In this document: positions 13,371 through 25,690 of the stretch, one piece after another
Position numbering within the stretch: the stretch's first letter is position 1
Layout of the letters: each line of letters starts with the position of its first letter
Assembly: GCF_006345805.1 (NCBI RefSeq)
Contig: NC_043005.1
Location: 10,478,001 to 10,542,000 of the forward strand
Reading direction: 5' to 3'
DNA length: 64,000 nt
Source: Octopus sinensis
Taxonomy: Eukaryota
Translations under genes and position numbers: made by a program
Notes under the pieces: model-generated
The model's database searches: none
What the model was told of the DNA's origin: nothing
What the model saw: only the letters and a program-made list of their open reading frames with translations

Positions 13371-13600
13371 ATATGATATTATATGATATATATATACATA
13401 CACACACATATATACATATATAGGGTGTGGTTGTAAGGTAAGAAGCTTGCTTCTCAGACACATTGTTCTGGATTCAATCCCACTGCATGACAACTTGGGT
13501 GAATGTCTTCTTCTATAGCCTCAGGCTGATCTAAGGCATGGATTTGGTAGATGGAAACAGAAAGAAGTTTGTTGTATGTAAATATATATATATATATATA

Positions 13601-14008
13601 TTTACTTTACTTTTACTTTTACTTGTTTCAGTCATTTGACTGCGGCCATGCTGGAGCACCGCCTTTAATCGAGCAACTCGACCCCGGGACTTATTCTTTG
13701 TAAGCCCAGTACTTATTCTATCGGTCTCTTTTTGCCGAACTGCTAAGTGACGGGGACATAAACACACCAGCATCGGTTGTCAAGCAATGCTAGGGGGACA
13801 AACACAGACACACAAACATACATATATATTATATATATATACATACATACGACAGGCTTCTTTCAGTTTCCGTCTACCAAATCCACTCACAAGGCTTTGG
13901 TCGGCCCGAGGCTATAGTAGAAGACAATTGCCCAAGATGCCACGCAGTGGGACTGAACCTGGAACCATGTAGTTTATAAGCAAGCTACTTACCACACAGC
14001 CACTCCTG
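13601..14008 (-). mobile_element. SINE family A, full length
   Basis: Reverse complement of the consensus. A partial plus-strand copy lies just upstream at about 13405-13580. Confidence 0.9.
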
Positions 14009-14142
14009 CCATATATATATATATGTTCTAGAAATCAGAAGAACAATTAGAAGGTCATGTGAACAATGTATATTTTTTCAAATAGTTTGCTCATTATGCA
14101 GTCTACTTGATTAGGTTTACTCATGTATGTGTGTGAGTGTGT

Positions 14143-14180
<38 letters not shown>

Positions 14181-14677
14181 TAAGAAACACAAAGGGATAC
14201 TGAGCAGCAGCAGGTCTAGGGTGAGCATTAAGCGAGCCTTAAATGTGACTGACCTACCTTTTATTTCTGATATTTAGCGAATTCATTGTCTCTGCATTAC
14301 TAATGTCTTTCAAGAAGACACAGAAGATTACACACTCTCATTACTTCTTTGCTGGCAATTTTCGGCTCTTTTATGCCTATGTAATAAATCAATAATAAAT
14401 GAGAATTCAGACTGATAGATTTTCATTCACACCATTTGCATTCGATATCTTCTTCAAACAACATGCAATGAAAATTCAATAAGTCATATGACTTGGAAAG
14501 CCAACTGCATAAATTCTCTTTTACACTTTTGCTGCTTTCAACCAGTTTGTGGTGGTCATGTTGGGGAACTTTCATTGATGCTGTTGAAGCCTTTGTTCTC
14601 AATTAAATAATTGATGAATGAGGGTGTTTAATATTATTTCTTTTATATCAATCTCTTATTGTGTTGCATGTTCATTT

Positions 14678-15066
14678 GGAGGCGCAATGGCCCAGTGGTT
14701 AGGGCAGCGGACTCGCAGTCATAGGATCGCGGTTTCGATTCCCAGACCAGGCGTTGTGAGTGTTTATTGAGCGAAAACACCTAAAGCTCCACGAGGCTCC
14801 GGCAGGGGATGGTGTTGATCCCTGCTGTACTCTTTCACCACAACTTTCTCTCACTCTTACTTCCTGTTTCTGTTGTACCTGTATTTCAAAGGGCCGGCCT
14901 TGTCACTCTCTGTGTCACGCTGAATATCCCCGAGAACTACGTTAAGGGTACACATGTCTGTGGAGTGCTCAGCCACTTACACGTTAATTTCACGAGCAGG
15001 CTGTTCCGTTGATTCGGATCAACCGGAACCCTCGTCGTCGTAACCGACGGAGTGCTTCCATCATCA
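14678..15066 (+). mobile_element. SINE family C (tRNA-like head + tail Y), full length with TSD
   Basis: ggaggcgcaatggcccagtggttagggc ... cgacggagtgcttcca. Near-identical to 54573-54952. TSD catrttcattt(gg). Confidence 0.9.
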
Positions 15067-15367
15067 TATTCATTTGGGCTCTTTTACCATACAATTTTTA
15101 AGTGTTGTTTCTCTTTCACTCATCGGTATTTACTCCATGCAGATCCTCATGTTTTGCAGAAAGATACTAAAGAAATACGATGCTTTGAACCTCTGCTCCT
15201 AACTCAGGTTGAAGAGAGTGGGACTTTAGGCACTCTGAAGTTGCTTGTACTATACAGTGATGTTCAGGGCAATATGCAATTTATAAAGACAGTTTTGCTC
15301 AGTTTTAAATTTGAAGCTATTTTATACTTAATTGACGAGGCACCATCAATAAGAGTCTTATTCTTAA

Positions 15368-15787
15368 GTGCAGGAGTGGCTGTGTGGTAAGTAGCTTGCT
15401 TACCAACCACATGGTTCCGGGTTCAATCCCACTGCATGACACCTTGGACAAGTGTCTTCTGCTATGGCCTCGGGCCGACCAAAGCCTTGTGTGTGGATTT
15501 GGTAGACGGAAACTGAAAGAAGCCCGTCGTATATATGTATATATATATGTGTGTGCGTGTATGTTTGTGTGTCTGTATTTGTTCCCCCTAGCGTTGCTTG
15601 ACAACCGATGCCGGTGTGTTTACGTCCCCATCACTTAGCGGCTGTTCGGAAAAGAGAGACCAATAGAATAAGTACTGTGCTTACAAAGAATAAGTCCCGG
15701 GGTCGAGTTGCTCGATTAAAGGCGGTGCTCCAGCATGGCCGCAGTCAAATGACTGAAACAAGTAAAAGAATAAAAGAATAAAAGAAT
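15368..15787 (+). mobile_element. SINE family A, full length
   Basis: Matches the family consensus, with an (aataaaag)n tail. Confidence 0.9.
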
Positions 15788-16393
15788 TCTCTGGAACATT
15801 CAGAATCAGTTAATATTTCATTTCATCAATGTCATCTCTCAAAGTGTTCACACACTAAAACTTAACAGTTACATCTTATCTTTAAAATATAAGAATGTCT
15901 GTTTCAGTCTCAGAGAAAATGTTTCCATGGTATTTAATCTGTCAGTATCTAATTGTGATATATGCATCAGTACCTCTGTTTAGAAATGAAGTTTTGAATC
16001 CAGACAGGTACTCTTCACATATCCAGAAATTAGATATTTAATGATAATTGAAGATCAAACCAATCAAAATGCAATCTGATGATATCAATACTAAAATAGC
16101 TCTTCATATCTAAACATAGGTTTGTCTGAAAAATTATCATTGTACTAATTGATGATAATTTTAGACAAAATTGTTCTCCATCCTCTTTGTCTTTATATCT
16201 CTAGAAAAATCTTGAATTTTAGCATACATCACAGTAGCAACGGAATAAAGCCTCAGTTTTGAATGAGCTTATGTGAATAAATTCTTCTAAATATTCTTTT
16301 TGTATTTGTACATCTAAATATGTGTGCATGTAAAGAGAGAGAGAGACACACACACACAAAATTAGATAAAAAAACAAAACAATAAACAATATA

Positions 16394-16812
16394 GGCGCAG
16401 GAGTGGCTGTGTGGTAAGTAGCTTGTTTACCAACCACATGGTTCCGGGTTCAGTCCCACTGCGTGGCACCTTGGGCAAGTGTCTTCTACTATAGCCCCGG
16501 GCTGACCAAAGCCTTGTGAGTGGATTTGGTAGACGGAAACTGAAAGAAGCCCGTCGTATATATGTATATATATGTATGTGCGTGTGTGTGTTTGTGTGTC
16601 TGTGTTTGTCCCCCTAGCATTGCTTGACAACCGATGCTGGTGTGTTTATGTCCCCGTTACTTAGCGGTTTGGCAAAAAGAGACCGATAGAATAAGTACTG
16701 GGCTTACAAAAGAATAAGTCCTGGGGGTCGAGTTGCTCGAGTAAAGGCGGTGCTCCAGCATGGCCACAGTCAAATGACTGAAACAAGTAAAAGAGAGTAA
16801 AGAAAGAGAGTA
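16394..16812 (+). mobile_element. SINE family A, full length
   Basis: Matches the family consensus. Confidence 0.9.
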
Positions 16813-17780
16813 TTCTAAATAAAGAATTCCTATGTTTTTGGTACTCTGAGGTCATAAATTAGCCTTGTTTTTTGTTTTTTTGTTGAAGTCATTTCAAATC
16901 AAATAAATTGCTAATGCTATGAAGATCACAACTTCAATTTTTCTTTTCCAAAGATCTTGGTTTATATTTTTATAGATGCAAACACATAAACATACTAAAA
17001 TGTAAATGTCAGATAGGTATCACTGGATGGTATATTAGCGCAAGATAAAAAAAAATATTTCATTGCCATATTTTGATACTATTGATCTGTAAAAATCATT
17101 ACTTTGGTAATCCATGGAATATAATCAATTTATGTGTATTATGGAAGAGTATCTAATATATTTGATTTAGTGAAATTATGATAAGAGTTGCCAAGTGGGA
17201 TTTTGGGAAAATATTGTTTATTGATTATTACTATTATCAGAAGTGTTTTGGTAGGTGTGTAGATAATGAATATTGATTGCATAGCTTTATAATTTTCTTG
17301 AAATATTTAGCATTTCGAACATGTCAATAAGATGTATACATTTGGAAGTTTGCTATGAGTAGAGTCTTTTCAAATGGTAATGCAAGTTGATAATATACAT
17401 TTGAGCTTAATATCTGTTATATTTTATCAGCTAAAAATTTCCTCCTTTTCATTTGATATCAAAGATGGAATGGGTTTTATATTCCTAACTATTAGGAGTT
17501 TAGTCACTGTTTCAGAATAGTTTTTTGTGTGTGCGTATGTGTGTGTGTGTGTGTGTGAAAAAGCTAGGAACTGATGTGAAATTCTACTCAGGTTATTGTT
17601 TATTAGATTTCTGAATTTATGACTTTGATATAACTGTCAGAGAAGCTAAGAGAACTCTCTAAAAAGGATTTACTCAAGTAAACATAATAATTTTTCCAGT
17701 TCTATATTTAAGGGATGAAGAATTATGTACATTATTTACATTATTTACATTTGATGGATATTTGTCCTCATCTTGTTGTT

Positions 17781-17826
17781 AACACAACGTTTCGACTGAT
17801 ATACCCTCCAGCCTTCTTCAGGTATC
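17781..17826 (-). ncRNA. Minimal type I hammerhead ribozyme motif (canonical CUGANGA core)
   Basis: GAUAC-CUGAAGA-A-GGCUG(GAGGGUAUAU)CAGUC-GAA-ACGU-U-GUGUU. Confidence 0.8.
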
Positions 17827-17874
17827 TTGGGGGAAATTTCAAACCTGGGTTCTCATTCCTAAGGTATTTTTCGA

Positions 17875-17905
<31 letters not shown>

Positions 17906-18060
17906 GTTATTGTTCAAGTCACTGCTTGGAATCAAACTCAGAATCTTGGGGTTAGTAGCCCATGCTCTTAACCATTATGCCATATGCCTGTGGGCATAAT
18001 AATAATAATAACATCGAAAAATACCTTAGGAATGAGAACCCAGGTTCGAAATTTCCCCAA

Positions 18061-18106
18061 GACACCTGAAGAAGGCTGGAGGGTATATAAGCCGAAACAT
18101 TGTGTT
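18061..18106 (+). ncRNA. Minimal type I hammerhead ribozyme motif (second arm; stem III ACGU mutated to ACAU)
   Basis: GACAC-CUGAAGA-A-GGCU(GGAGGGUAUAUA)AGCC-GAA-ACAU-U-GUGUU. Confidence 0.75.
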
Positions 18107-18330
18107 AACAACAAACAAGATGAGGACAAATATCCGTCGAATGTAAACAATGTAAATAATATAAAATAATTTTTTATTCTGCATTTTGATAAATACATTT
18201 TAACAGGGAAACTGAAACATTCTTATTCTTATAATTTGAATAATTTTAACACTGTAATAAACAAGATGATGTATTCAATTTTGTCATCATTTAGTTTTTA
18301 TTTGTTATATCTCTTAACACCTTCAAGATT

Positions 18331-19655
18331 CAAGTTGATAGCAGTATGGCTGCAAGCACAATTAAGGAAATGAAGGTAGAGAAGGCAGCTGGTTCTTCAG
18401 GAAACGTTGATGAATGATTAAAACATCTCACAAAATAAATCACATGTTAGTCATTCACATAAGTCAATCAGGTATTATAGAAAAGTGTTGTACCCAATGA
18501 TTGGCTAAGCAGTATCATTATCCTCTGCTATAAGGGCAGAGAAGATGCTCTTGAGAAAGAAATTACTGGAGCATCAAATTGTTACACTAGGTTAAATTAG
18601 TTAAGGAAAGAGTTATAATATAATTGCCTAAGAAGAGAATTAGCTTAGACAAAGTGCAATTCAGTTTTGTGCCAGGATATGATACTATCAATGCTACCTT
18701 CCTACTGAGACAACTTCAGAAGTCCCTAGGTAGAAGTAAAACTCTATGCCTAGCATTTGTTGCTCTGGTGATGGCTTTGTCAGAGTTACACATTCTATAA
18801 TCTGATGGTTTCTAAGAAAGCTAGGAATAGAGAACTGGCTTGTGTAATCCATACAAGCCATGTACTGAGGTACAGTATGTAAAGTGAGAATTTCCAATGA
18901 ATTCAGCAATGTGTTTAGTACATATGTAGGGTCTATCAGGGTTCATTCATCAGCCCCTACATGTTTATAGTAGTCTTACAGATCATGACAGTAGAATTTA
19001 AAACTGGCTCTCTATATAAAGGTCTTTAAGTTAATGACATATTTCTTACAGCTGAATCTGGATAAGATTTAGATAAGAAATTTCAGATCTAAAAACAAAA
19101 TCTAGAGGCAAGAGACTTCACAGTAAACCTTTAAACACTAAACTTTTAGTAAGTAGGAAAGAATATAGAATCCTGTTACCATCAAGTAAGTTGCTGTGCG
19201 TAATATGAACAAGTAGGTAGGAATTTCATACTTTGTACGTAGTGTGAACTGTGGGCACATGCTGTAAAATGGAGAAGGTAGACTTTGTATGTGACAGATG
19301 CACAGGAGTATTTAGTAATAACACTATGCCCAAAATAAACTCCTTCCAGTGATCAGAAAGATTACTGTAACTGACAGTTTTTGTTACCTACATGACCTAA
19401 TGACCAGTAGGGGTAGGAATTATGAAGGTACAGTATTCAGAGTAAGAAGAAGTTGGGAGAGGTTCAGGGTGATATTACTTCTACTGGCAACAAAGGGAAT
19501 GTCTGTTAAAGTAAAGAGCAGATTGCATGATGCTTTTGTACAAAGTGCAATGGTACATGATAGCAAGATGTGGGCCTTAGATACATAGGATTTGGAAAAA
19601 CTAGAAAGAAATGAAGTGAATATAGTCTGCTGGATGTGTAATGTTAGAGTGTGTA
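18331..19655 (+). pseudogene. Decayed RTE-clade LINE RT region
   Basis: Translates piecewise to TIKEMKVEKAAG, NATFLLRQLQK, CLAFVAL and DSFCYLHDLMTSRG..RVRRSWERFRVILLLLATKG..KSRLHDAFVQSAMVHDSKMWAL. Collinear with the RTE at 7903-9932. Confidence 0.85.
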
Positions 19656-20091
19656 GCGGTAGCTAGATAGTTGAATGATTGTCTTGCAAGAAAGATTATA
19701 GAGTAACCTCCCTTTCTAAGTTTCTTGAAGCATCTGTGTCATGAGACATGATTCTTAATTATTCAGAGTAAGGATAAGTTGGGAGAAGTTCAGGGTGATA
19801 TTGCTTTTACTGGCAACAAAGGGAATGTCTGTTAAATGTAAAGAGCAGATTGCGTGCTGATTTTGTACAAAGTCCAATTGTACATGTTAGCAAGATGTGG
19901 GCCTTAGATACATAGGATTTGGAAAAACTAGAAAGAAATGAAGTGAATATAGTCTGCTGGATGTGTAATGTTAGAGCGTGTAGCAGTAGCTAGATAGTTG
20001 AATGATTGTCTTGCAAGAACCTCCCTTTCTAAGTTTCTCGAAGCATCTGTGTCATGAGACATGATTCTTAATTATTCAGAGTAAGGATAAG
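19453..20091 (+). repeat. Tandem duplication (326 bp + 313 bp) spanning the RTE end and its flank
   Basis: Units 19453-19778 and 19779-20091 align end to end. Unit 2 has a 14-bp deletion and a 1-bp insertion. Confidence 0.95.
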
Positions 20092-20781
20092 CTTAGCGTT
20101 TCTCTTGGAAGTTTCTAGAATGTCTAGTGTTTCATTAATAAATAACAGCTTGCTAACCCTTCTCTTCGCTTCTTATTCAGTTAGACTTAGAGCCATTCAT
20201 GTCATTGCTTTGTCCATCTATTTCTCTACACAACATGACTGAAAGTCACCTTAGCTGTTATTTCTATATTTCCTATCTCTGAATGTTCTTGCATAGATTA
20301 CTTCATTCAACTAGATTCTACACCTGTACCAAGTTTCATCTTGATTTTGTTCATATTGTAGGGGATTAGTACTTGTGGTACACCCCTCTCACATGATGAA
20401 TGGAATAACCTAGTCACTATAAGTAAAGAGAAGTATGTGAGGTATCAGAGTATATCATAGGTGGTCAGAGATAGTTATGTCTTTGCTGGTTTTACTAAGT
20501 ATACTGTATACTGAAGTAGGTATTATAACTGTGGCAATGGATTGAAACGACTCACGAGGAATTAATAAACTCAATGAGGATTTAAACAACTCACAAGGAA
20601 TTAATAAACTTGATGAGGAATTAAACAACTCACAAAGAATTAATAAACTCAACAAAGATTTAAACATCTCTACGAAGAATTAATAACTCATGAGGAATTA
20701 ACAACTCCCGAGAAGTTAACAAAACTCACTAAGTTTTGTTGTATGAATTTTGCAAAAAAAAAAAAAAGAATCATAGAAGTT

Positions 20782-21700
20782 ATGGAAAATTTGTTGGCTG
20801 GTTTGCTCAAGTTCCAAAAACAGCAGCAACAACAACAACAACTGAAAGAAGCACAACAATTACAATTACAGAAACAAATGCTGCAATTAATGAAGTATTC
20901 AGGAAATTCAGAAAGAATGTTTTCATCAGACTATGTTGTGAACTCCATAAAAGAGTTCAAATACGAACCTGACAAAGGAGATACCTTTGAAGCATACTAC
21001 TGAAGATATGAGGAAATCTTTGAGAAAAGATGTAAAGATTGGGATGATGAGATGAAAACATGCTTAATCTTGAGAAAACTGGTGGCAACATAACTTTAAT
21101 GATACAGTAATTATGTACTCTCAAGAAAACCTTTGAACATAAACTTTAATGATGCAGTAGATATCATCATCATCATCATACGTCCGTTCTCCATGCTAGC
21201 ATGGGTTGGACGGTTCGACCGGGGATCTAGGAAGCCAGAAGGCTGCACCAGGCTCCAGTCTTATCTGACAATGTTTCTACAGCTGGATGCCCTTCCTAAC
21301 GCCAACCACTCCGTGAGTGTAGTGGGTGCTTTTTACGTACCACCCGCACAGGTATCAGGCAAGGCTGGCAACGGCCATGGTCGGATTGGTGCTTTTTACG
21401 TGCCACCGGCACGGAAGCCAGTCGAGGCGGCGCTGGCATCAGCCGATTGTGTAAAATTTCCAGTGAAAAATGCTCATTGTTCAGTACCTATTGGAAGTGT
21501 CTGAACATAGAGAAAAACAATGATGAGGACTCCATCACATGTGCTGGTAGAGTAAACAGGGAATGCAAGAAGTTTAAGCTGGATGAAGTAACACCAGATA
21601 TGTTCAAATGCCTGATTTTTACAGGGACTTAGTGTTGAAAAGGACACAGAAGTTAGAACTAGAATTCTTGCAAAGCTGGAATAAAAAAAGGATGTAACTC
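20782..21700 (+). pseudogene. Gypsy gag-like remnant (K02A2.6-like type), interrupted by an RTE tail
   Basis: FKYEPDKGDTFEAYY*RYEEIFEK..KTCLILRKL..NINFNDAVD|ILCKISSEKCSLFSTYWKCLNIEK..AGRVNRECKKFKLDEVTPDMFKCLIF..GL..EVRTRILAKLE resembles invertebrate Gypsy gag. Contains stops and frameshifts. Confidence 0.8.
21165..21445 (-). mobile_element. RTE 3' end inserted into gypsy gag
   Basis: (CAT)n plus RTE 3' UTR. Removing it rejoins gat gca gta gat at|a ttg tgt aaa in frame. Confidence 0.9.
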
Positions 21701-22996
21701 TACTGGGTTTACTAAGTATACTGTATACTGAAGTGGGTGTTATAACAATCCGACTTTATAAGGATATAACAGTTCACAAATCGGGTTAAATACTATTTCA
21801 TACTTTCAGTCATTGATATATCATCAGCATCTTTTGGTGGCTGATAACAGCAAAATATACAGGATGATTTCTAAAAATTGTTTTAGTATTCCTGGATATA
21901 AAGATTCTAAAAACAAATCTTGATTTATTAAGTTCTTGATCATTTAGACCTAGATTGTAGTCAAAATTTGTGACAAAACATTGAAGGTTATTATTCAAAC
22001 AATATATTTTTTGATTTCTAACTGATTATTCCTTTTCTTCTCACCTATATCTTTATTTCTATTCTGACAATTTCTACAGTATGAAATGACATAAAAAAAT
22101 CTCTGAAACAAGCATTTGTTTTTTTCCCCAGCATATTTGTTTATGTAGCAATATTAAAACCTTAAAGATGTTTAACATATAATTAGTTTCAAGAATTAAC
22201 AAATGAAATAACCTTCACTACTTCAGACTTCATCATTTACAGAATATTGGTAATTCTAGTTTTTTTTTTTCTGACAGATTTTTTAATTTTGTTATGGAGA
22301 GCTTTCGCTGATATTAATTCTTGAAGGATTTGTCAAATGGTTTTATGTTATCTGGATCAAAAGCATTGATTTTTATCTGTTCGTTGACACCCTATAAGAT
22401 TCTGTCAAGGTATTAGATTAGCTGAATAAGAGTTAGTTGTTCCTTCTTGAATGATAAGTAGCATTGAACATGAATGAATCAGCTTTGATGATGTTCAACA
22501 ATTGCTACATTTACAAATGTCTCGTATTTTGTGTGGGTAATTGAATTGCAATTTTTCAAATTATTCTGTATTCTCCTCAGATATAATATCAGCATAATAG
22601 GATTATTATTGAATTTATGAGAAATCTCAGTGTAGTCACTTAACTTGCTGGAAACAAATGCCATATTTCTGTCAAATCAAATTCTACCATTCAATAAATG
22701 CAAAACAAGGAAGGACATATTGTGTAATATCATCATACAGTATACACTATGCTGGAATGTCTTCAATCATAGGTTTCCTCATTCAGAGCTGATTTAGGAT
22801 TTAAACAGTTGCAACAATCTAGGATCTCTATTTGAATTCCTAAATTTCTAAACTTGTGGTTGGTACAGTTATTCAGGCACAGCAAGCAACAGAATACAAT
22901 AAAATTGTACACAGCATGTGTATCTAACGTACTCAGGTATTATGCTCTATGGATCAGACTGATATGTTTTTTTAAAATTTGAAATATTAAAAAAAA

Positions 22997-23317
22997 GACT
23001 CCGCCGGTTATGACGACGAGGGTCCCAACTGATACGATCAACGGAACAGCTTGCTCGTGAAATTAACGTGCAAATGGCTGAGCATTCCACAGACACGTGT
23101 ACCCTTAACGTAGTTCTCGGGGATAATCAGCGTGACACAGAGAGTGACAAGGCTGACCCTTTGAAATACAAGTACAACTCATTTTTGCCAGCTGAGTGGA
23201 CTGGAGCAACGTGAAATAAAGTGTCATGCTCAAGGACACAACACGTCGCTGGGAATCGAACTCACAACCTTACGATCATGAGCCGAATGCCCTAACCACT
23301 AAGCCACGCGCCCTCAC
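22997..23317 (-). mobile_element. SINE with family-D-like head/CORE and family-C tail Y; 12-bp TSD
   Basis: Reverse complement reads gtgagggcgcgtggcttagtggttaggg..CORE..gaactacgttaagggtacacgtgtctgtgg..ggcggagt. TSD aatttgaaatat on both sides. Confidence 0.9.
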
Positions 23318-23457
23318 AATTTGAAATATAGTATTATGAAAATTATCAATTTAATTCATAGATCATAAAACCTGAATATCTTAGAAAATATAAACAAACT
23401 TAAATGTGAAATAAACAAGCAATAAATTTTTTTCTAACTTCTATGGTATGTGAAACT

Positions 23458-23491
<34 letters not shown>

Positions 23492-24796
23492 TGTAAAGAC
23501 AAATGAGATTAATACTTCATAAAATTATAGTCTCAATGTCAATATGACATCTTACTCATTTAAACATTTGAGAAGTTTTTGTTGACGGCTTATTCGAGTG
23601 GGCTGCTATAGAACATCAGTAGTTTCCTCAAACTCTGGGTTGTTGCTGTTATTGTTTAACCCTAGACCAGTCCTGAGCAAAAAAAAAATTCTATATTTTT
23701 GTATATCAGGGATTACAATATCCAGTGTATTGTCCTAACTGCTTTTAAGATCATAGAGTGTGGTTTAGAGAGATGGATTGCGTAGTTTAGATGGTAGACC
23801 AACAGCTCCCTTACTAGTCATAGAATTTGTCCATTCTTTCTCTCTTTCCTTCTTTCTTTCTTTCTCCCCCCCCCCCACCCCCACTTATGATACTATTAAT
23901 CGGAACCATATGTGCTGTTGATTCCTTATTTTCAGGTATGACTAGCAGAAGTGAGTTATGATCTGGATGTGGCCCAGCCCTCTTAGAGTGTAAGACGTTA
24001 AGGGCTGAAACACTAGCCTCAGCAGGGTTTTCTTCTCAGAAGATTCTCTGTTGTTCCGATAACTCTCTTAAGAATTTCTTACCATTGAAGTTGAAAAAAA
24101 AAATGTTATTGCAGTTTTCAGTATTTTATTGCAGTTTAGATTATTATTTCTCAACCCAGAGTAAATTTTATTAATCAAACTAGTAACAGTTTACATAAAT
24201 GCTATAAGACTAAATTTGAATACATTGATGATATATAAATATATGACGTGAAATTAGAATGTAATTAGCTTCTTTGTTAAATAAGGTTCCATGCAAGCCT
24301 TTTTAGTATCTTAGAGTGGAAACCGAACCAAACAATTTCATTGTTGCATAACATGAGCTTCTGGCCACCTTTAGTAAAACTATTTATCAAAATGTTAATA
24401 TCAGTGTATGTACACATCTTTTATTTACTTATTGTTTCAAGATTGATGGGGACAAAACAATAATTACTACTGTACTAATACAATGAAAGTTAAGTATACA
24501 GTCAGTCACATCTGTATTTAGTCTTGGTGTTGTTGCACATATTATAAGTCTACATCAGCCAGACTAAATAAGGAGCTTCTATGTGATTCTTTGTCCTGCT
24601 AGATATAGCAGCCAAATCACTAAAAAAACACCTTTTTACCATCTTTAAAATGAAGGGAGACATATGTATTGAAGATAGTGTAGTCCTAGAAATTGTGTTT
24701 CTTAAAAAAAAACAAAAAACAGACAGGATAGTCATTCATGGCCTGCTTTTGATTATAAGTCTGCACAGTTAGGACTACCTTAGAGCTAAGCACAAC

Positions 24797-25171
24797 TATA
24801 ATAATAATAAAAACATTGTGTACAGTGCTCAGGTGCACTACAACTCATCTAAAGTGTATGTATAATCAGGTGTAGTTTCGGCGGATTTCGGAAAGCATGA
24901 GGGCCTTAAAGGATGCAGTGTCATGGCAGTCAACAACTGACGCAGGCAGTTTGTTCCATGCTTCAGCAACTCTGAGCATGAAAAAATGTTTCCGAAAGTC
25001 ATGGGAGTTGTGTTGTTTTCTGACTTTGTAGGCATGTCCACGTGTGTTAGACAAATGGAGATCAAAAAGGTGTTCAGTGTTGTTGTTGGTGAGGTGGTTG
25101 ATAACTTTGTGGGTGTTTACCAAGTCCGTCGCCAGACGCCGGAGCTTCAGTGAATCCTTGCCCAGGGAAGT
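24797..25171 (-). mobile_element. CR1-group LINE 3' end with (TTA)n tail
   Basis: SLKLRRLATDLVNTHKVI..SNTRGHAYKVRKQHNSHDFRKHFFMLRVAEAWNKLPASVV matches the TRGH..FF..RV...WN.LP motif. Confidence 0.9.
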
Positions 25172-25490
25172 CTATTTTGGTACATTTTGTTTGCTTAGTT
25201 CAGACAGGAAAAAAAAAACTTAAATAACTAGAAGGAACTTTTAGATCAGCCTTTCCAAGTGCCCTCTCCAATCAACAGGCATGCACTTAGAGCCTTCACT
25301 ATCCTTATTTTCAGGACTCTATCCCACCTTTCATTAGATTCACTTTCAGGATAGCATTCCCACACTACCATCGCTTTCCTTTTCATGATAATACTGTACA
25401 ATTCAATAACCTCTGCCAGCTTTTATGAAGTTCATTGGTTACAGTATATAAGATGTCTTTTAGTCATATGTCATGAACATTTTTGGTGCT

Positions 25491-25690
25491 GTTATTACCT
25501 TAAATCAGCCCTCATCTAATATATCTAAGATCAAATGCATTCCAGTTATGACCATCCTACCTGTTATTCAGACATTGTATCTAGAACTACATTATCCAAT
25601 ATATTCTTCTTTTTTTTAAGACAATGGGGTATGATTTGAGGGAAGTTAAGAGGCTATTTCTAGCAGATTGATCTACCACTTAAAGATTCC
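25491..25690 (-). mobile_element. Representative of an old interspersed family ending in (AAC)n (ctagaaatagcagccaaat..)
   Basis: Similar degenerate copies at about 22710-22820, 23640-23810, 24550-24760, 26090-26255, 32470-32640, 33060-33200, 51350-51512 and 56761-56952. Class not determined. Confidence 0.6.

Larger units (their letters stand above)
17722..18170 (-). mobile_element. Inverted-repeat element: hammerhead-bearing arm / tRNA-like head / inverted hammerhead-bearing arm
   Basis: Left arm (about 17722-17890) is the reverse complement of the right arm (about 17996-18170). The central 17912-17995 reads on the minus strand as a tRNA-like head (tggcataatggtt, gagtttgattcc). Confidence 0.85.
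20357..21747 (+). mobile_element. Internally deleted Ty3/Gypsy LTR retrotransposon
   Basis: The LTR 3' end ctgg(t/g)tttactaagtatactgtatactgaagt(a/g)ggt(a/g)ttataac occurs at 20486-20529 and 21703-21747 (ends ACA). A PBS-like tggc follows the first copy. The 5' LTR start (TGTAGG at 20357) is tentative. Confidence 0.75.

Noticed and set aside
15052-15390. 112-aa ORF in non-repeat sequence
   Set aside because: Starts and ends inside flanking SINEs, with no recognisable motif and no convincing splice pair.
20743-21003. PolyQ ORF as a host transcription factor
   Set aside because: Continues into recognisable Gypsy gag motifs between LTR ends.
21810-22664. Short minus-strand ORFs and a possible 37-bp micro-exon (PPKDADDISMTE) near 21.8 kb
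   Set aside because: No homology recognised, and splice signals of this strength are expected by chance in AT-rich DNA.
23975-24012. cagccct..agggctgaaac stem followed by GAAA, hammerhead-like
   Set aside because: No CUGANGA-type (or covariant) core upstream, and no stem I or palindromic stem III.
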